From a virus: 64,000 nt of DNA. The position numbers were made by a program, and so were the translations under genes. The notes below the pieces were generated by a model. It did not search any database and was not told the origin of the DNA. It saw only the letters and a program-made list of their open reading frames with translations. Each line of letters opens with the position of its first letter. Within the stretch, counting starts at the first letter, position 1. The stretch spans positions 28,089 through 92,088 of IMG/VR virus record IMGVR_UViG_3300025093_000002; one strand, given 5' to 3'. This document shows, piece after piece, positions 16,856-25,679 of this stretch.

Positions 16856-17064
16856 AATGACGGAAGTCTGTAAAACGGCTTTCTGGAAATGACCCGCAAA
16901 GCCTTGAAAATGGTGGGTGATGTAGGGATCGAACCTACGACCCGCTGATTAAGAGTCCCCGCGCAAGTGCAATGTTTTCCGCGCGTTGATATGCTGATGG
17001 GTGTAAAATGTCGGCCAGAAAGACTCAACGAAATCAGTGGTGCCCGAATCAAATTGTAAAACGG
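16850..17064 (+). repeat. Integrase arm-type sites TGTAAAA(T/C)G
   Basis: Copies at 16851, 16869, 17002 and 17055, two on each side of the core. Confidence 0.7.
16911..16957 (-). other. att core equal to the 3' 47 nt of tRNA-Lys(CTT), including CCA
   Basis: Reverse complement GACTCTTAATCAGCGGGTCGTAGGTTCGATCCCTACATCACCCACCA; no 5' tRNA half upstream. Confidence 0.9.
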
Positions 17065-17097
17065 GAAGCCCTTCCCCTTGCCTATAGGAGAGCGCTG

Positions 17098-17343
17098 ATG
17101 AGAGATTACACAGTCGCTGAAATCGAAGAGCTGCGCACTGCTCTCGCCAATAAAATGCTTTGGGGCCGATATGCGCTTGGCGTCATTGGTGCGTCAGGCG
17201 AGCACACAATGAATAGGGTGAACCCTGTTGCGGTCGAGGCTCAAGTTCAGACGCACATGATGGCGGGCCATACGGCGGAAACCCTTCTGAGTGAAGAACG
17301 CCAAGCTCAAGCCGCGTGGGAAGCGCAATTTGCGCAGGCTTGA
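17098..17343 (+). CDS. Hypothetical protein
   Basis: AGGAG RBS before ATG. Confidence 0.55.
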   Translation: MRDYTVAEIEELRTALANKMLWGRYALGVIGASGEHTMNRVNPVAVEAQVQTHMMAGHTAETLLSEERQAQAAWEAQFAQA

Positions 17344-17421
17344 ACGCCACGGCACCCTCGTCCTCTTCGCTGCCCTTATCGTCGCTCTATGGGCAGTGGG
17401 AGAGTGGGTGCTGGGGCTGCT

Positions 17422-17580
17422 CTAGTCCCGCTTGTCCCAGCGCAGCGTCGAGACGGCGTTCATCGCCAGTTCCATCGTCTCAATCCATGACAGGTCGCAG
17501 ATCGTCTTGCCGTCCACGACCAGCTCACGCCGGCACACTTTGCCGTCCAGCATCGTCACGCGAATATGCGCCTTCGTCAT
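17422..17580 (-). CDS. Small hypothetical protein (52 aa)
   Basis: MTKAHIRVTMLDGKVCRRELVVDGK...; purine-rich RBS. Confidence 0.45.
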   Translation of the reverse strand: MTKAHIRVTMLDGKVCRRELVVDGKTICDLSWIETMELAMNAVSTLRWDKRD

Positions 17581-17643
17581 GGCCTTCTCTTTCTAAGGTA
17601 GTAGCGCGCGACACGCCAGCGAATGAAGATGGAGATGAGCCGG

Positions 17644-18864
17644 TCAAGCATTGACCGCCACCCGCTGAATTTCGCCACGGAACTTGTGATAGGTAATCGC
17701 CTGCATCTGCGCTCGGGCGCTGTAGGCATGGCTCACGGCGTAAGCATCGCGCTCCGCTACGGCGCGCAACTGCTCCCATTTCATGCCGCCGATGTCCTGG
17801 CTCTTGTGGTGGTGGAGGTGTCCGGTGAACAGGAAGCGATGCTTCGTGCGGCCCCAGATTTCCGAATACTCGTCGGCCACGAAATGAACGAGCCGGTCGG
17901 CCTTGGCCTTGTCGCCGTGATGGCCGGCAATCATCACCTTTCCGAACTCATGGACGAAGAATTCGCCAGGCTTCTTGTGGACGATGACTCGTGGGTTATC
18001 CCGGTAGCGCTCGGCTATCGAAAACAGGATCGCGAGGTAGATCGTGGAATTGTGGTTTCCGGGAAGAACGACGACGCGGACTTCCTGGTGCTTTGTCAAA
18101 GCGCTTTCAACGGCTGAAGCGAGAGTGGCAACGCCGATTTCCAGCGTGCGGAACATGCGCGTATCGACATCCAGAACATGCTTCGAGGTAGGCGTCTGGT
18201 TCGTGTCGTCATTGGCATGGAAGTAGTCGCCCACGTCCATGATGATGCCCGTATGAGCCGCAGGAGAGGCCGCTACGCATTGCGCGACCCAATCCTTCAC
18301 CCGCTCAGCGGCAAGGTCCGTGTCGTAGCTGGAGCCCGTTTCATGGTGCCAGGAACGCAGGCCGATATGGGCGTCGGCAATCCCGTAGACCGTGCATAGC
18401 TCGCCAAGGACGATTGCGGGCGCTTCGACAGGTGTAGCAGGGACGATGTCCGCAAGGGCTGCTTTGATGCGCTCGACAATCTCAAGCGGGTCGGGTTCGC
18501 CCTGCTTCGTCTTGACCCATTGAGCTGAGACGTTGCCGTTCGCGTCGAGTAGTGCGGAGACACCCTTGACGGTGTGCCCTTCAGGAAGGCTGAACGGGCC
18601 ACGGTCTTCTGCCGGCTTCTGCCTGACGTATTCGCGGGTAAGATTGCCGTGCGGGTCCAGAACGGACGTTGTGGCGACAATCTCGAAACCGGGCATGACC
18701 GGCTTGCGGTTCACCAGCCCGCGTGCGGTTGCCATCATGAGATGGCGGCGAAGGGTGGCTTCCGATTTGCCGGTTGCACGAGCAGCATACGAGGCGGTGC
18801 CGTGCTGCTGGATGATGTCCACGCTCTCAAGGAGCGCTTCGTCTGTCATTGGCGGTGTCGGCAT
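17644..18864 (-). CDS. HTH plus calcineurin-like metallophosphoesterase
   Basis: DAH, GDYFH, GNHN, HHGD and GHLHH motifs. Confidence 0.85.
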   Translation of the reverse strand: MPTPPMTDEALLESVDIIQQHGTASYAARATGKSEATLRRHLMMATARGLVNRKPVMPGFEIVATTSVLDPHGNLTREYVRQKPAEDRGPFSLPEGHTVKGVSALLDANGNVSAQWVKTKQGEPDPLEIVERIKAALADIVPATPVEAPAIVLGELCTVYGIADAHIGLRSWHHETGSSYDTDLAAERVKDWVAQCVAASPAAHTGIIMDVGDYFHANDDTNQTPTSKHVLDVDTRMFRTLEIGVATLASAVESALTKHQEVRVVVLPGNHNSTIYLAILFSIAERYRDNPRVIVHKKPGEFFVHEFGKVMIAGHHGDKAKADRLVHFVADEYSEIWGRTKHRFLFTGHLHHHKSQDIGGMKWEQLRAVAERDAYAVSHAYSARAQMQAITYHKFRGEIQRVAVNA

Positions 18865-19509
18865 TCAGACACCACGCGCCATCAGGTCGCAGATGACCGA
18901 GGACGGAACGCCGAAGCTCATCCCGACATAGGAACCGCCCATTCCGACCGGAGCGATGCGGGCGCCAACGAAGATGGCGATGACGCGGTTCTTGGCGTCG
19001 TAGACCGGGCCACCGGAAATGCCAGGGCCACCCGAGATGTCCATGACGACGACCGACTTCCACGGCCCCATGGAGCGCGTCTTGCCTGATAGCCAGCCCC
19101 GGAACGAGATGAACTCGACACCGAGCGGGCTGCCGCGCGCAACGAGGCTCGTCCCCTCGGGAATGTCGCCACAGGCAAGCGGAGAAAAGGACAGGCGGCT
19201 GGTGCGCTCGATACGCACGAGGGCCACGTCATAGACCGTATTGACCCAGAGCACTTCGCCCTTGCGGGTGATGCCTCGATCGTCCACAATCTTCGCCGTG
19301 GTTTCCTTGCCGATGACATGGGCGGCGGTGAGAATGTAGCCCCGCCCGATGTGGACGCCGGAACCTTGGCCCATCTGCATCGTTACACGCACGACAGGGC
19401 CGGCCTGCGTCAATGGGACGTCGATGGTCTTGTTCACCGCCACATAGGCAGCGAACGCGGCAAATAGGACGAGGCCGCACAGCATCGCCATGGCGCGCAT
19501 GTTTTTCAT
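18865..19509 (-). CDS. Exported trypsin-like serine protease
   Basis: Signal/TM segment; LTAAH, DVAL and GISGGP triad. Confidence 0.88.
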   Translation of the reverse strand: MKNMRAMAMLCGLVLFAAFAAYVAVNKTIDVPLTQAGPVVRVTMQMGQGSGVHIGRGYILTAAHVIGKETTAKIVDDRGITRKGEVLWVNTVYDVALVRIERTSRLSFSPLACGDIPEGTSLVARGSPLGVEFISFRGWLSGKTRSMGPWKSVVVMDISGGPGISGGPVYDAKNRVIAIFVGARIAPVGMGGSYVGMSFGVPSSVICDLMARGV

Positions 19510-19547
19510 GGCGCTTTCCTTTTCTGGAACGAGGGAAAGGGTCGTGT

Positions 19548-19865
19548 CTAGGACCGGGGATTTGGGCGCTTGGGAGAGTGGTCGAATGCCCGGTCCAGTC
19601 GCTCATTGAGGCGGTTGATGGCCTCAAGGATTTGCTCGGTGCTTTCGCGATGGCCTGATTTGGAGACGTAGGTTTCCGCAACATGCACACGAAAAGCGCT
19701 TAGTTCTTCACGAGCTAGGGAAGCGCTCGCTTGAGCCGCAGAAGCCAAGACGGCGCTGTCCTTCTTCGCCGTGTCCACCTTGCTCTCAATCCTCCACCAG
19801 ATGCCCCAAAGGGTGCCTGAGACGAGAATGAAAAAGCCGATCGCGGCCATGAGTTCGTTGGTCAT
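19548..19865 (-). CDS. Membrane protein with coiled coil (lysis cassette)
   Basis: N-terminal TM then helical periplasmic region. Confidence 0.6.
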   Translation of the reverse strand: MTNELMAAIGFFILVSGTLWGIWWRIESKVDTAKKDSAVLASAAQASASLAREELSAFRVHVAETYVSKSGHRESTEQILEAINRLNERLDRAFDHSPKRPNPRS

Positions 19866-20269
19866 TTGCGCCCCCGAATTGCCGACGCAATCGCAGTGAC
19901 GCTTTGCCCAACTACCTGAACGCCGAAGAAGGAAAGAAGGATTGCCCCCTGCCAATCATCGAAGGGAGCCGGGAATGCCGGTATGCGCCAGCCAAGCTTG
20001 AAGCACGTGTCGAGCGTGACCAGCAGGAGATGAAACGAGAAGCAGCCGGCGATGATGAAGGTGACCAGCCGCATTTCCCAGAAACCCGCCGTTGCCATGC
20101 GGATTTCCGTTGCCTGCTTTCTCGCCTCTATCTTCGCCTCGATGTCCTTGGCGACCAGATCCGCGACAAGCCGTTGCCCGTCGTTCCTGGCCGATAGCCG
20201 CGCCTCGTATGCCTTGGTGAGTTGCCCGACCAGATCACCTGTGATCCATCGGATTATCGCGCCCCACAC
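19862..20269 (-). CDS. Holin-like membrane protein
   Basis: Two C-terminal TM segments, ILLSFFG; next to the endolysin. Confidence 0.6.
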   Translation of the reverse strand: MWGAIIRWITGDLVGQLTKAYEARLSARNDGQRLVADLVAKDIEAKIEARKQATEIRMATAGFWEMRLVTFIIAGCFSFHLLLVTLDTCFKLGWRIPAFPAPFDDWQGAILLSFFGVQVVGQSVTAIASAIRGRK

Positions 20270-20272
20270 GGT

Positions 20273-20443
20273 TCAGACGCTTTCGTTCCGAACGCCATAG
20301 ACGCCCGCAGCAGTGAGGGCCGAAACGACCAGTTCGAGCACGACCGTATCGAGGCCGAGGATTTCGATTTCCAGATAGCGCAGTGCCATCAGGGCAGAGA
20401 CGCCCGCCAGTGCAGCCACGAATTTCCGATATGGAGCGAGCAT
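20273..20443 (-). CDS. Small two-TM holin-like protein (56 aa)
   Basis: MLAPYRKFVAALAG...TAAGVYGVRN; TGATG-coupled to the endolysin. Confidence 0.6.
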   Translation of the reverse strand: MLAPYRKFVAALAGVSALMALRYLEIEILGLDTVVLELVVSALTAAGVYGVRNESV

Positions 20444-21033
20444 CAGCGTTCCTTTCCGAACAGCTTGAGGATTGCGGCGATGATTGAGGCCCAGAAACCG
20501 CCACGCGGGGCTGCTGGAGCGGGTTTCGGGGTTGGACGGGCTGGCGTGTCCACGCCGTAGCCTTCGGCCTTCAGGAGGGCGTCGTAGCGCTTGGCGATGT
20601 CGGCAATCTCGGCCGCCTTGTCCTTGCCGTTGATGATGCGGCGCGCGTTGACGAAATCGGACTTCTGAAGCGTCATGTAGTCGGACAGCTTCTTGCCGGT
20701 GAACCAGCCGTCCCGAGAGCCGACAACGAGGATTTCCGCCGCATACTTCGGCTCAAGCAGCTTCTTCGGGTTGTTGACGAAATCGACGCCCAACTCGCGG
20801 GTGGCGCGCTTGTAGTTCTCCAGCCAGGTTAGCTGGGCGTAGCCCATCCCGACGTAGGGGTAGTATTTCTTCGACCGCAGATACTTTTCGCCGCCATACT
20901 CGCGAACCGGCTTCATGGTTCGGGCGGTTTCCCACGCGGTTGTAGCCAAAACATATGCGGCTTGGTTTCTTAGAAGGCCATGCTTCTTGCAGGCGTCAAT
21001 AATCAGCCGAGTGTCGCCAATCTCTAGGTTCAA
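20443..21033 (-). CDS. Endolysin, GH19/chitinase-like
   Basis: AYVLAT.AWETARTMKPVRE...GMGYAQLTW..NY; TTG start with AGGAG RBS. Confidence 0.85.
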   Translation of the reverse strand: MNLEIGDTRLIIDACKKHGLLRNQAAYVLATTAWETARTMKPVREYGGEKYLRSKKYYPYVGMGYAQLTWLENYKRATRELGVDFVNNPKKLLEPKYAAEILVVGSRDGWFTGKKLSDYMTLQKSDFVNARRIINGKDKAAEIADIAKRYDALLKAEGYGVDTPARPTPKPAPAAPRGGFWASIIAAILKLFGKER

Positions 21034-21083
21034 AAATCCGTCTCCTATTGATGCTGTCGCCCAACTCTGATAAGCATCTTCGG

Positions 21084-21575
21084 ATGAAGACGATAGAAGA
21101 GCGCCTGTGGGCGAAAGTTGAAGTGCGAGGTGAGGACGAATGCTGGCCTTGGTTAGGCTACAAGCATGCCAATAGTGGACATGGACAAATTGGTCGGGGC
21201 CGTCGAGGCGAAGGCCAAACCTACGTCCACATCGTTTCATGGGAGGTAGCGAACGGTGCCAAGGTTCCGGAAGGCATGTGCGTTTGCCATAGTTGCGACC
21301 ACCCGCCATGCGTGAACCCGAAGCATCTGTTTCTTGGTTCGAAAGCGGACAACACGGCAGATATGGTGAAGAAGCGGCGTCATAAGTTTGGGCAAGACGC
21401 GCCTTGGGCTAGGCTTACCGATAGTGACATCCTTGCTATCCACCATCGTTACGAACAGAAGGCGACCCAGCAGGAAATCGCCCGCGAATTTAAGGTCTCT
21501 CGGTCCCTTGTGGGACTAATCCTTCAAGGGAAGCGCTGGCCACATTTAGCAGTCGCGAGGACGTATGCCGCCTGA
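21084..21575 (+). CDS. HNH homing endonuclease with C-terminal HTH
   Basis: ECWPW...CHSCDHPPCVNPKHL...N; inserted in the endolysin gene. Confidence 0.9.
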   Translation: MKTIEERLWAKVEVRGEDECWPWLGYKHANSGHGQIGRGRRGEGQTYVHIVSWEVANGAKVPEGMCVCHSCDHPPCVNPKHLFLGSKADNTADMVKKRRHKFGQDAPWARLTDSDILAIHHRYEQKATQQEIAREFKVSRSLVGLILQGKRWPHLAVARTYAA

Positions 21576-21643
21576 TTGCGCAGGAGCCCATGCCGCTTGC
21601 AGCATTCGATGATCAGGCGTGTGTCGCCGAGCGCCAGGTTCAT
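21524..21643 (-). pseudogene. Original 5' end of the endolysin, truncated by the HNH insertion
   Basis: MNLALGDTRLIIECCKRHGLLRNQAAYVLATA with AAGGA RBS; duplicates the endolysin N-terminus. Confidence 0.85.
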
Positions 21644-21739
21644 AGGCACTTCCTTTTTCAGTTGTGGGAGAAGCGCGTCAGCTTTTGGGTTGTCGTTAAA
21701 AGAATGACGGCCTAAGAGTTCTCCAAACGGAGAATTCAG

Positions 21740-22915
21740 ATGAAGAAGCTCGCAGCGGTGTTCGCCACCGTTATCGCCATTGTTGCTCTCGCGGGCTTCG
21801 CGAAACCTCAAATCATCAATGCCGGCGACTTTCTGGTTCGCCAGCCGCTTCTCAGCATCCGCGCCGAAATGGCAGCGATTACATCCGAGGTTTCGACCCT
21901 TCGAGCCGAGATGGCGGTTGCATTGGCCCCACCTCCGCCACCCGCCCCTATGCAAGTGCAAGAGGTTGCCGAACCGGCCGTGAGCGATGGGTGGGAACTG
22001 GTCACTGATGACGCCCCATTCCGCCCCCGCGATGGGTCTTTCGTCGCGTCCTTCAAGGGCTACCTTTGGCTTGGCAATGGCTGGCCGGGTTCTTCCGACA
22101 ACATGCCGACTTCAATCTGGCGTTCCCGCGACGGCAAGGATTGGGAGCGTGTCGTTGACAATGCCCCGTGGAAGGGCCGGCACATCGGCAACTTTGTCGT
22201 CCTCAATGACCGCATGTACATGTACGGCGGCGACAACATGACCGACGTCTGGTCATCCGCCGATGGGATTAACTGGCAGCTCGAAATAGCAGAGGCACCG
22301 TGGGGCAAGCGCTATAACCCCTACATGGGCGCGTTCAACGGCAAGCTCTGGCTGATGGGCGGGCAGAACGAACACTGGACCGGCGCCTATAATGATGTCT
22401 GGTCTTCTGTGGATGGCAAGACGTGGGTGCGCGAGGTTGAGAACGCGCCGTGGCCGCGTCGTAGCCTAGTCTCCGGGTTCGCGGTTCACGACGGGCACAT
22501 GTGGGTTATGGGCGGCGGAAGGAAGATACCCGACCCGCGCTGCAATGGATGCGGCCAGACCATCTATGACCTGAACGATGTCTGGAAATCCGCAAACGGC
22601 GTCGATTGGGAACTCGTCATTCCCCGCGCTGAATGGGCACCCCGAACGCATATGAGTGTGGTCGGCTACGACGGCAATCTTATCGTGACCGATGGCTCTG
22701 TCGGTACGCAGGCGGGCATGTCGAGCGAAGCATGGTTCTCGAAAGACGGTATCGAGTGGCACCCTATCGGCGGCATCCCTGACCAGAAGTTCAGCCCCCG
22801 CCATGCATCAACGCTGGTTGAGCACGACGGGACGCTGTTTATGGTGACGGGCTATCTTCGCAACGATGTCTGGAAGCTGAACCCGGAAGCTCTTACCGTG
22901 CCTCCAACGCAGTGA
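21740..22915 (+). CDS. Exported Kelch-like beta-propeller protein (moron)
   Basis: Signal peptide; about six repeats of W..V...APW..R...WxxGG...DVW.S.DG. Confidence 0.75.
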   Translation: MKKLAAVFATVIAIVALAGFAKPQIINAGDFLVRQPLLSIRAEMAAITSEVSTLRAEMAVALAPPPPPAPMQVQEVAEPAVSDGWELVTDDAPFRPRDGSFVASFKGYLWLGNGWPGSSDNMPTSIWRSRDGKDWERVVDNAPWKGRHIGNFVVLNDRMYMYGGDNMTDVWSSADGINWQLEIAEAPWGKRYNPYMGAFNGKLWLMGGQNEHWTGAYNDVWSSVDGKTWVREVENAPWPRRSLVSGFAVHDGHMWVMGGGRKIPDPRCNGCGQTIYDLNDVWKSANGVDWELVIPRAEWAPRTHMSVVGYDGNLIVTDGSVGTQAGMSSEAWFSKDGIEWHPIGGIPDQKFSPRHASTLVEHDGTLFMVTGYLRNDVWKLNPEALTVPPTQ

Positions 22916-25214
22916 GGCGTTTGCGCACGTTCCGTGCCTCGTGCATCAGCACGGCAACGATGCGCTCGTACATCAGGCCTTCTATGTTTTCCTTCTTGAA
23001 CGAACCATCTCCGCCATAGTGGACGAGGAAGTGCAGGCCGGCGTCATGGAAATGGTCAGCCGCCAAGCCGATGTAGAGCCGCCTCGTCTCGTCGTTCTTG
23101 GCGCTATAGATGAAGCCAACCATCCCAAGCACGGCATCGACTATCTCGTCTGTGATTTCGCCCTCGACGTTCTTGTGTTTCAGCGCCGAGGTCGAGCGGG
23201 CAAGCAGGCCGTCAGTCCCCACGAACACGTTTGCGGCGGCAGCGGTCGTTTGGCTATAAACGATAGGAGAATAGAACACGCCGTCGTGCCTGATCTCGAC
23301 CATCTTCGTCCCGGCGCTATTTTGCCAGATCGTGGATGTGCTGCCCGAGCTACCGCTCAACTGGATAACATTGGGGATACGGTCGGGATAGCGCGCCGTG
23401 ACGTTCAAATTAGTGTCAACAAGCAGACAGTTTCGCGTCGTGATCTTGGAAACACCCGCCCCTGTGAACCCAAGGCTCACATTGTCCGAGAGCCGCACGC
23501 TGTCGAAATCGGACGCGACGACATTCGAGAACAACTCCACATGCCGCCAAATGCCGTTGATGAACTTCTGCCCCTGTCCGCCCAGGGAGGCCGACGGGCT
23601 GGAGCTGGACGACTGCGAACGGCAATTGATCCATGTCGTCCCATTGCCCTGGTCGGACACGTCGCGGGTGCTGTTCGCCTCCATCCAGACGGAGATAAAG
23701 CAGATGTTATCGCAATCCGCGCTGACGAAGATGCCTTCGTTCACGGCCTCCGGCGTACCGCCCATGAACTGACAACCGCGCGCGTTTTTGCAGTAGTAGC
23801 CGGTCCCGTTGAAGCCTTCCATGATGGCGTTGATGAACGTGCAGTCCGCCGTGTAGTAGGCCGCATCGCCATCATTATCGAGCGTCAGGCCATAGCTCGG
23901 CTCGGTCGTGAATGCGCCGTAGTTGTCGGAACAAACGAGGTTGTTGAAGACTGCGGCCACGCAGTAGCGAACATGGATTGCGTACTGCGTGCATTCCCGC
24001 GCTTCGATGTGGTCAATCCAGCAGCCCTGCGCCAGGCCGCGCAACTCAACGGCGGTCGTGATGGTCGGGCTACCGATGACGCGGACCTTGCCCATCGTCT
24101 TGAAGTCGCGGATGACGGCACCAGCCGTTTCAATCGGCGTCGACAGCTTCAAACCAACGCCGGACCCGACAAGCTGAATAACCGGCTTGCCGACGAACTG
24201 GACAGTAAGGCCATTCGCACCGAGGTTCGTATTGGCGTTGACTGGATATGCGCCCGCACCTTCCGCCATGATGATGTGCTTTGCGCCATACCCAGCGAGC
24301 GCGAGTGAGCGAGCAGCAAGAAGCGCCGTCGTGGTGGCCGAAGCATCGCCCGTATCACCGGAGGCCAGCGCGCCAAACCAACGCACGTCAAAGCCCTGAA
24401 TAGCCCATGAGCCGACGCGCACCCACGCTCCAGCCGAAGCCGCAATTGCGTCAGCCTTGATGAACACGCCTTCCTGCGGGTCAGCGGTGATGTGGGCGCT
24501 ATAGTCGCCAGCGCGCCAGACGAACTGCCCTTCGCGGCCAGTCTCGTGCAGGAAGGCAAACATGTCCTTTGTCGTATCGAGCGCCTTGAGAGCCGTCCGC
24601 GTCGCGATATAAACGGGTGTGTCGAGCCTGTCGCGCACGTCGTCGTAGCCTAAAGGTTCGAAGGCAGTGCCTGCTGAATTGCGATGCAGGAACCGGCTTG
24701 CCGTCGTCGGCAGGGTTTCGGCACCGTCAGACACAGCCGCATTCTCGATCCCATTCGCGTTGGCGTTCCAGCGCAGCACTTTCCCTGCCTCGGGGTCCGG
24801 GTAGGTCAGGCTCGAAAGCGAGGACGACTCCTTGAACAGGATGGCACGGTTCAGCCTTTCCTCGCGCCGCTGGATCAGCATCGTCAGCTTGTCGAGCGCG
24901 CGTTCATGGCTGGAGGCCGGGAACGGGTCCTGGTTGTTGTAGGCCGTCAACTGCGTGGTTGGCGGGTCACGAACAATAACGACGGTCGTACCGCTTGCCG
25001 GGGCCGTAACGAACGTCACCGTGCCGCCATTTGGGTTCCCCGCTCCCGAAACGGTGTAGTGCGTCCCCAGCGTCTGCACCGTATCGACGCCGGCCGAACT
25101 GCGGACGATCACGCGCAGATCGCCATTGACGAGGAAGTAGAAATTGACGCTGAACGCGGTGGTCGTGCCGTCGCCGGAATAGCTGATGCGCGAGACGCTG
25201 GATTGAACCGTCAT
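22893..25214 (-). CDS. Tail spike/fibre: T7 gp17-like N-terminus, beta-helix depolymerase, C-terminal chaperone-like domain
   Basis: YSGDGTTTAFSVNFYF...HERALDKLTM; DVRWFGA; STSALKHK...YERIVAVL. Confidence 0.85.
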   Translation of the reverse strand: MTVQSSVSRISYSGDGTTTAFSVNFYFLVNGDLRVIVRSSAGVDTVQTLGTHYTVSGAGNPNGGTVTFVTAPASGTTVVIVRDPPTTQLTAYNNQDPFPASSHERALDKLTMLIQRREERLNRAILFKESSSLSSLTYPDPEAGKVLRWNANANGIENAAVSDGAETLPTTASRFLHRNSAGTAFEPLGYDDVRDRLDTPVYIATRTALKALDTTKDMFAFLHETGREGQFVWRAGDYSAHITADPQEGVFIKADAIAASAGAWVRVGSWAIQGFDVRWFGALASGDTGDASATTTALLAARSLALAGYGAKHIIMAEGAGAYPVNANTNLGANGLTVQFVGKPVIQLVGSGVGLKLSTPIETAGAVIRDFKTMGKVRVIGSPTITTAVELRGLAQGCWIDHIEARECTQYAIHVRYCVAAVFNNLVCSDNYGAFTTEPSYGLTLDNDGDAAYYTADCTFINAIMEGFNGTGYYCKNARGCQFMGGTPEAVNEGIFVSADCDNICFISVWMEANSTRDVSDQGNGTTWINCRSQSSSSSPSASLGGQGQKFINGIWRHVELFSNVVASDFDSVRLSDNVSLGFTGAGVSKITTRNCLLVDTNLNVTARYPDRIPNVIQLSGSSGSTSTIWQNSAGTKMVEIRHDGVFYSPIVYSQTTAAAANVFVGTDGLLARSTSALKHKNVEGEITDEIVDAVLGMVGFIYSAKNDETRRLYIGLAADHFHDAGLHFLVHYGGDGSFKKENIEGLMYERIVAVLMHEARNVRKRLTALEAR

Positions 25215-25231
25215 TTAGGGATGCTCCATAG

Positions 25232-25256
25232 AAAAAGCCGCCTCAAAGGGCGGCTT
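25232..25256 (-). terminator. Intrinsic terminator upstream of the tail spike gene
   Basis: AAGCCGCC-loop-GGCGGCTT followed by a U-tract on the minus strand. Confidence 0.7.
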
Positions 25257-25313
25257 GCGGTCAGTCGATTTTGATGATGCTATTGGGACGGGGATTTTGG
25301 AGGGCTAAGCGAA

Positions 25314-25679
25314 ATGAAGACGATTATTGCCTTGTTGGGCGTCGGGATTGCATTGGCAGGATGCGGTTCAATTACCGTGCCGGTAGCGGTCATATCCGCC
25401 AATGGCGATGTCATGCGGGGAACCGCAACGGCCGCCATGTCCGGGGGTGAATTCCGGGCCGCCGGGGCGCTGAATGGGAGGCCGACGACCTGTGCCGGAA
25501 CCTATGACGCGATGAGCACGTCGCTGACAATTTCAATGCCTGTGCTTTGCAACGATGGGCGAAAGGGCTTCGTGATCGCTACGCGCGAGTCGAACGGGGT
25601 AGATGGATCAGGCCGCGTCCGTCTCGATGACGGCACGGAGGCCGATTTCGTATTCGGCAAAGCGGCGGCTGCGTTTTGA
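25314..25679 (+). CDS. Lipoprotein moron (possible superinfection exclusion)
   Basis: Lipobox LAGC; opposite strand within the tail module. Confidence 0.7.
   Translation: MKTIIALLGVGIALAGCGSITVPVAVISANGDVMRGTATAAMSGGEFRAAGALNGRPTTCAGTYDAMSTSLTISMPVLCNDGRKGFVIATRESNGVDGSGRVRLDDGTEADFVFGKAAAAF

Larger units (their letters stand above)
1..16910. mobile_element. Prophage A (partial: early, immunity, recombination and integrase region)
   Basis: cro/cI switch, recombination genes, xis-int, ending at the tRNA-Lys-derived att core. Confidence 0.85.

Noticed and set aside
16911-16990. Intact tRNA-Lys gene
   Set aside because: Only the 3' 47 nt are present; the upstream sequence cannot form the D arm or the 5' acceptor strand, so it is an att core
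21034-21309. N-terminal extension of the endolysin to 288 aa
   Set aside because: Antisense to the HNH; similarity to the original N-terminus and the RBS place the start at TTG 21033
21034-21550. Group I intron in the endolysin
   Set aside because: The HNH is antisense and fills almost the whole insert, leaving no room for a ribozyme core, and the 5' coding segment is duplicated rather than simply interrupted
21700-25300. Diversity-generating retroelement, as in BPP-1-like phages
   Set aside because: No reverse transcriptase ORF and no template/variable repeat pair was seen near the tail spike
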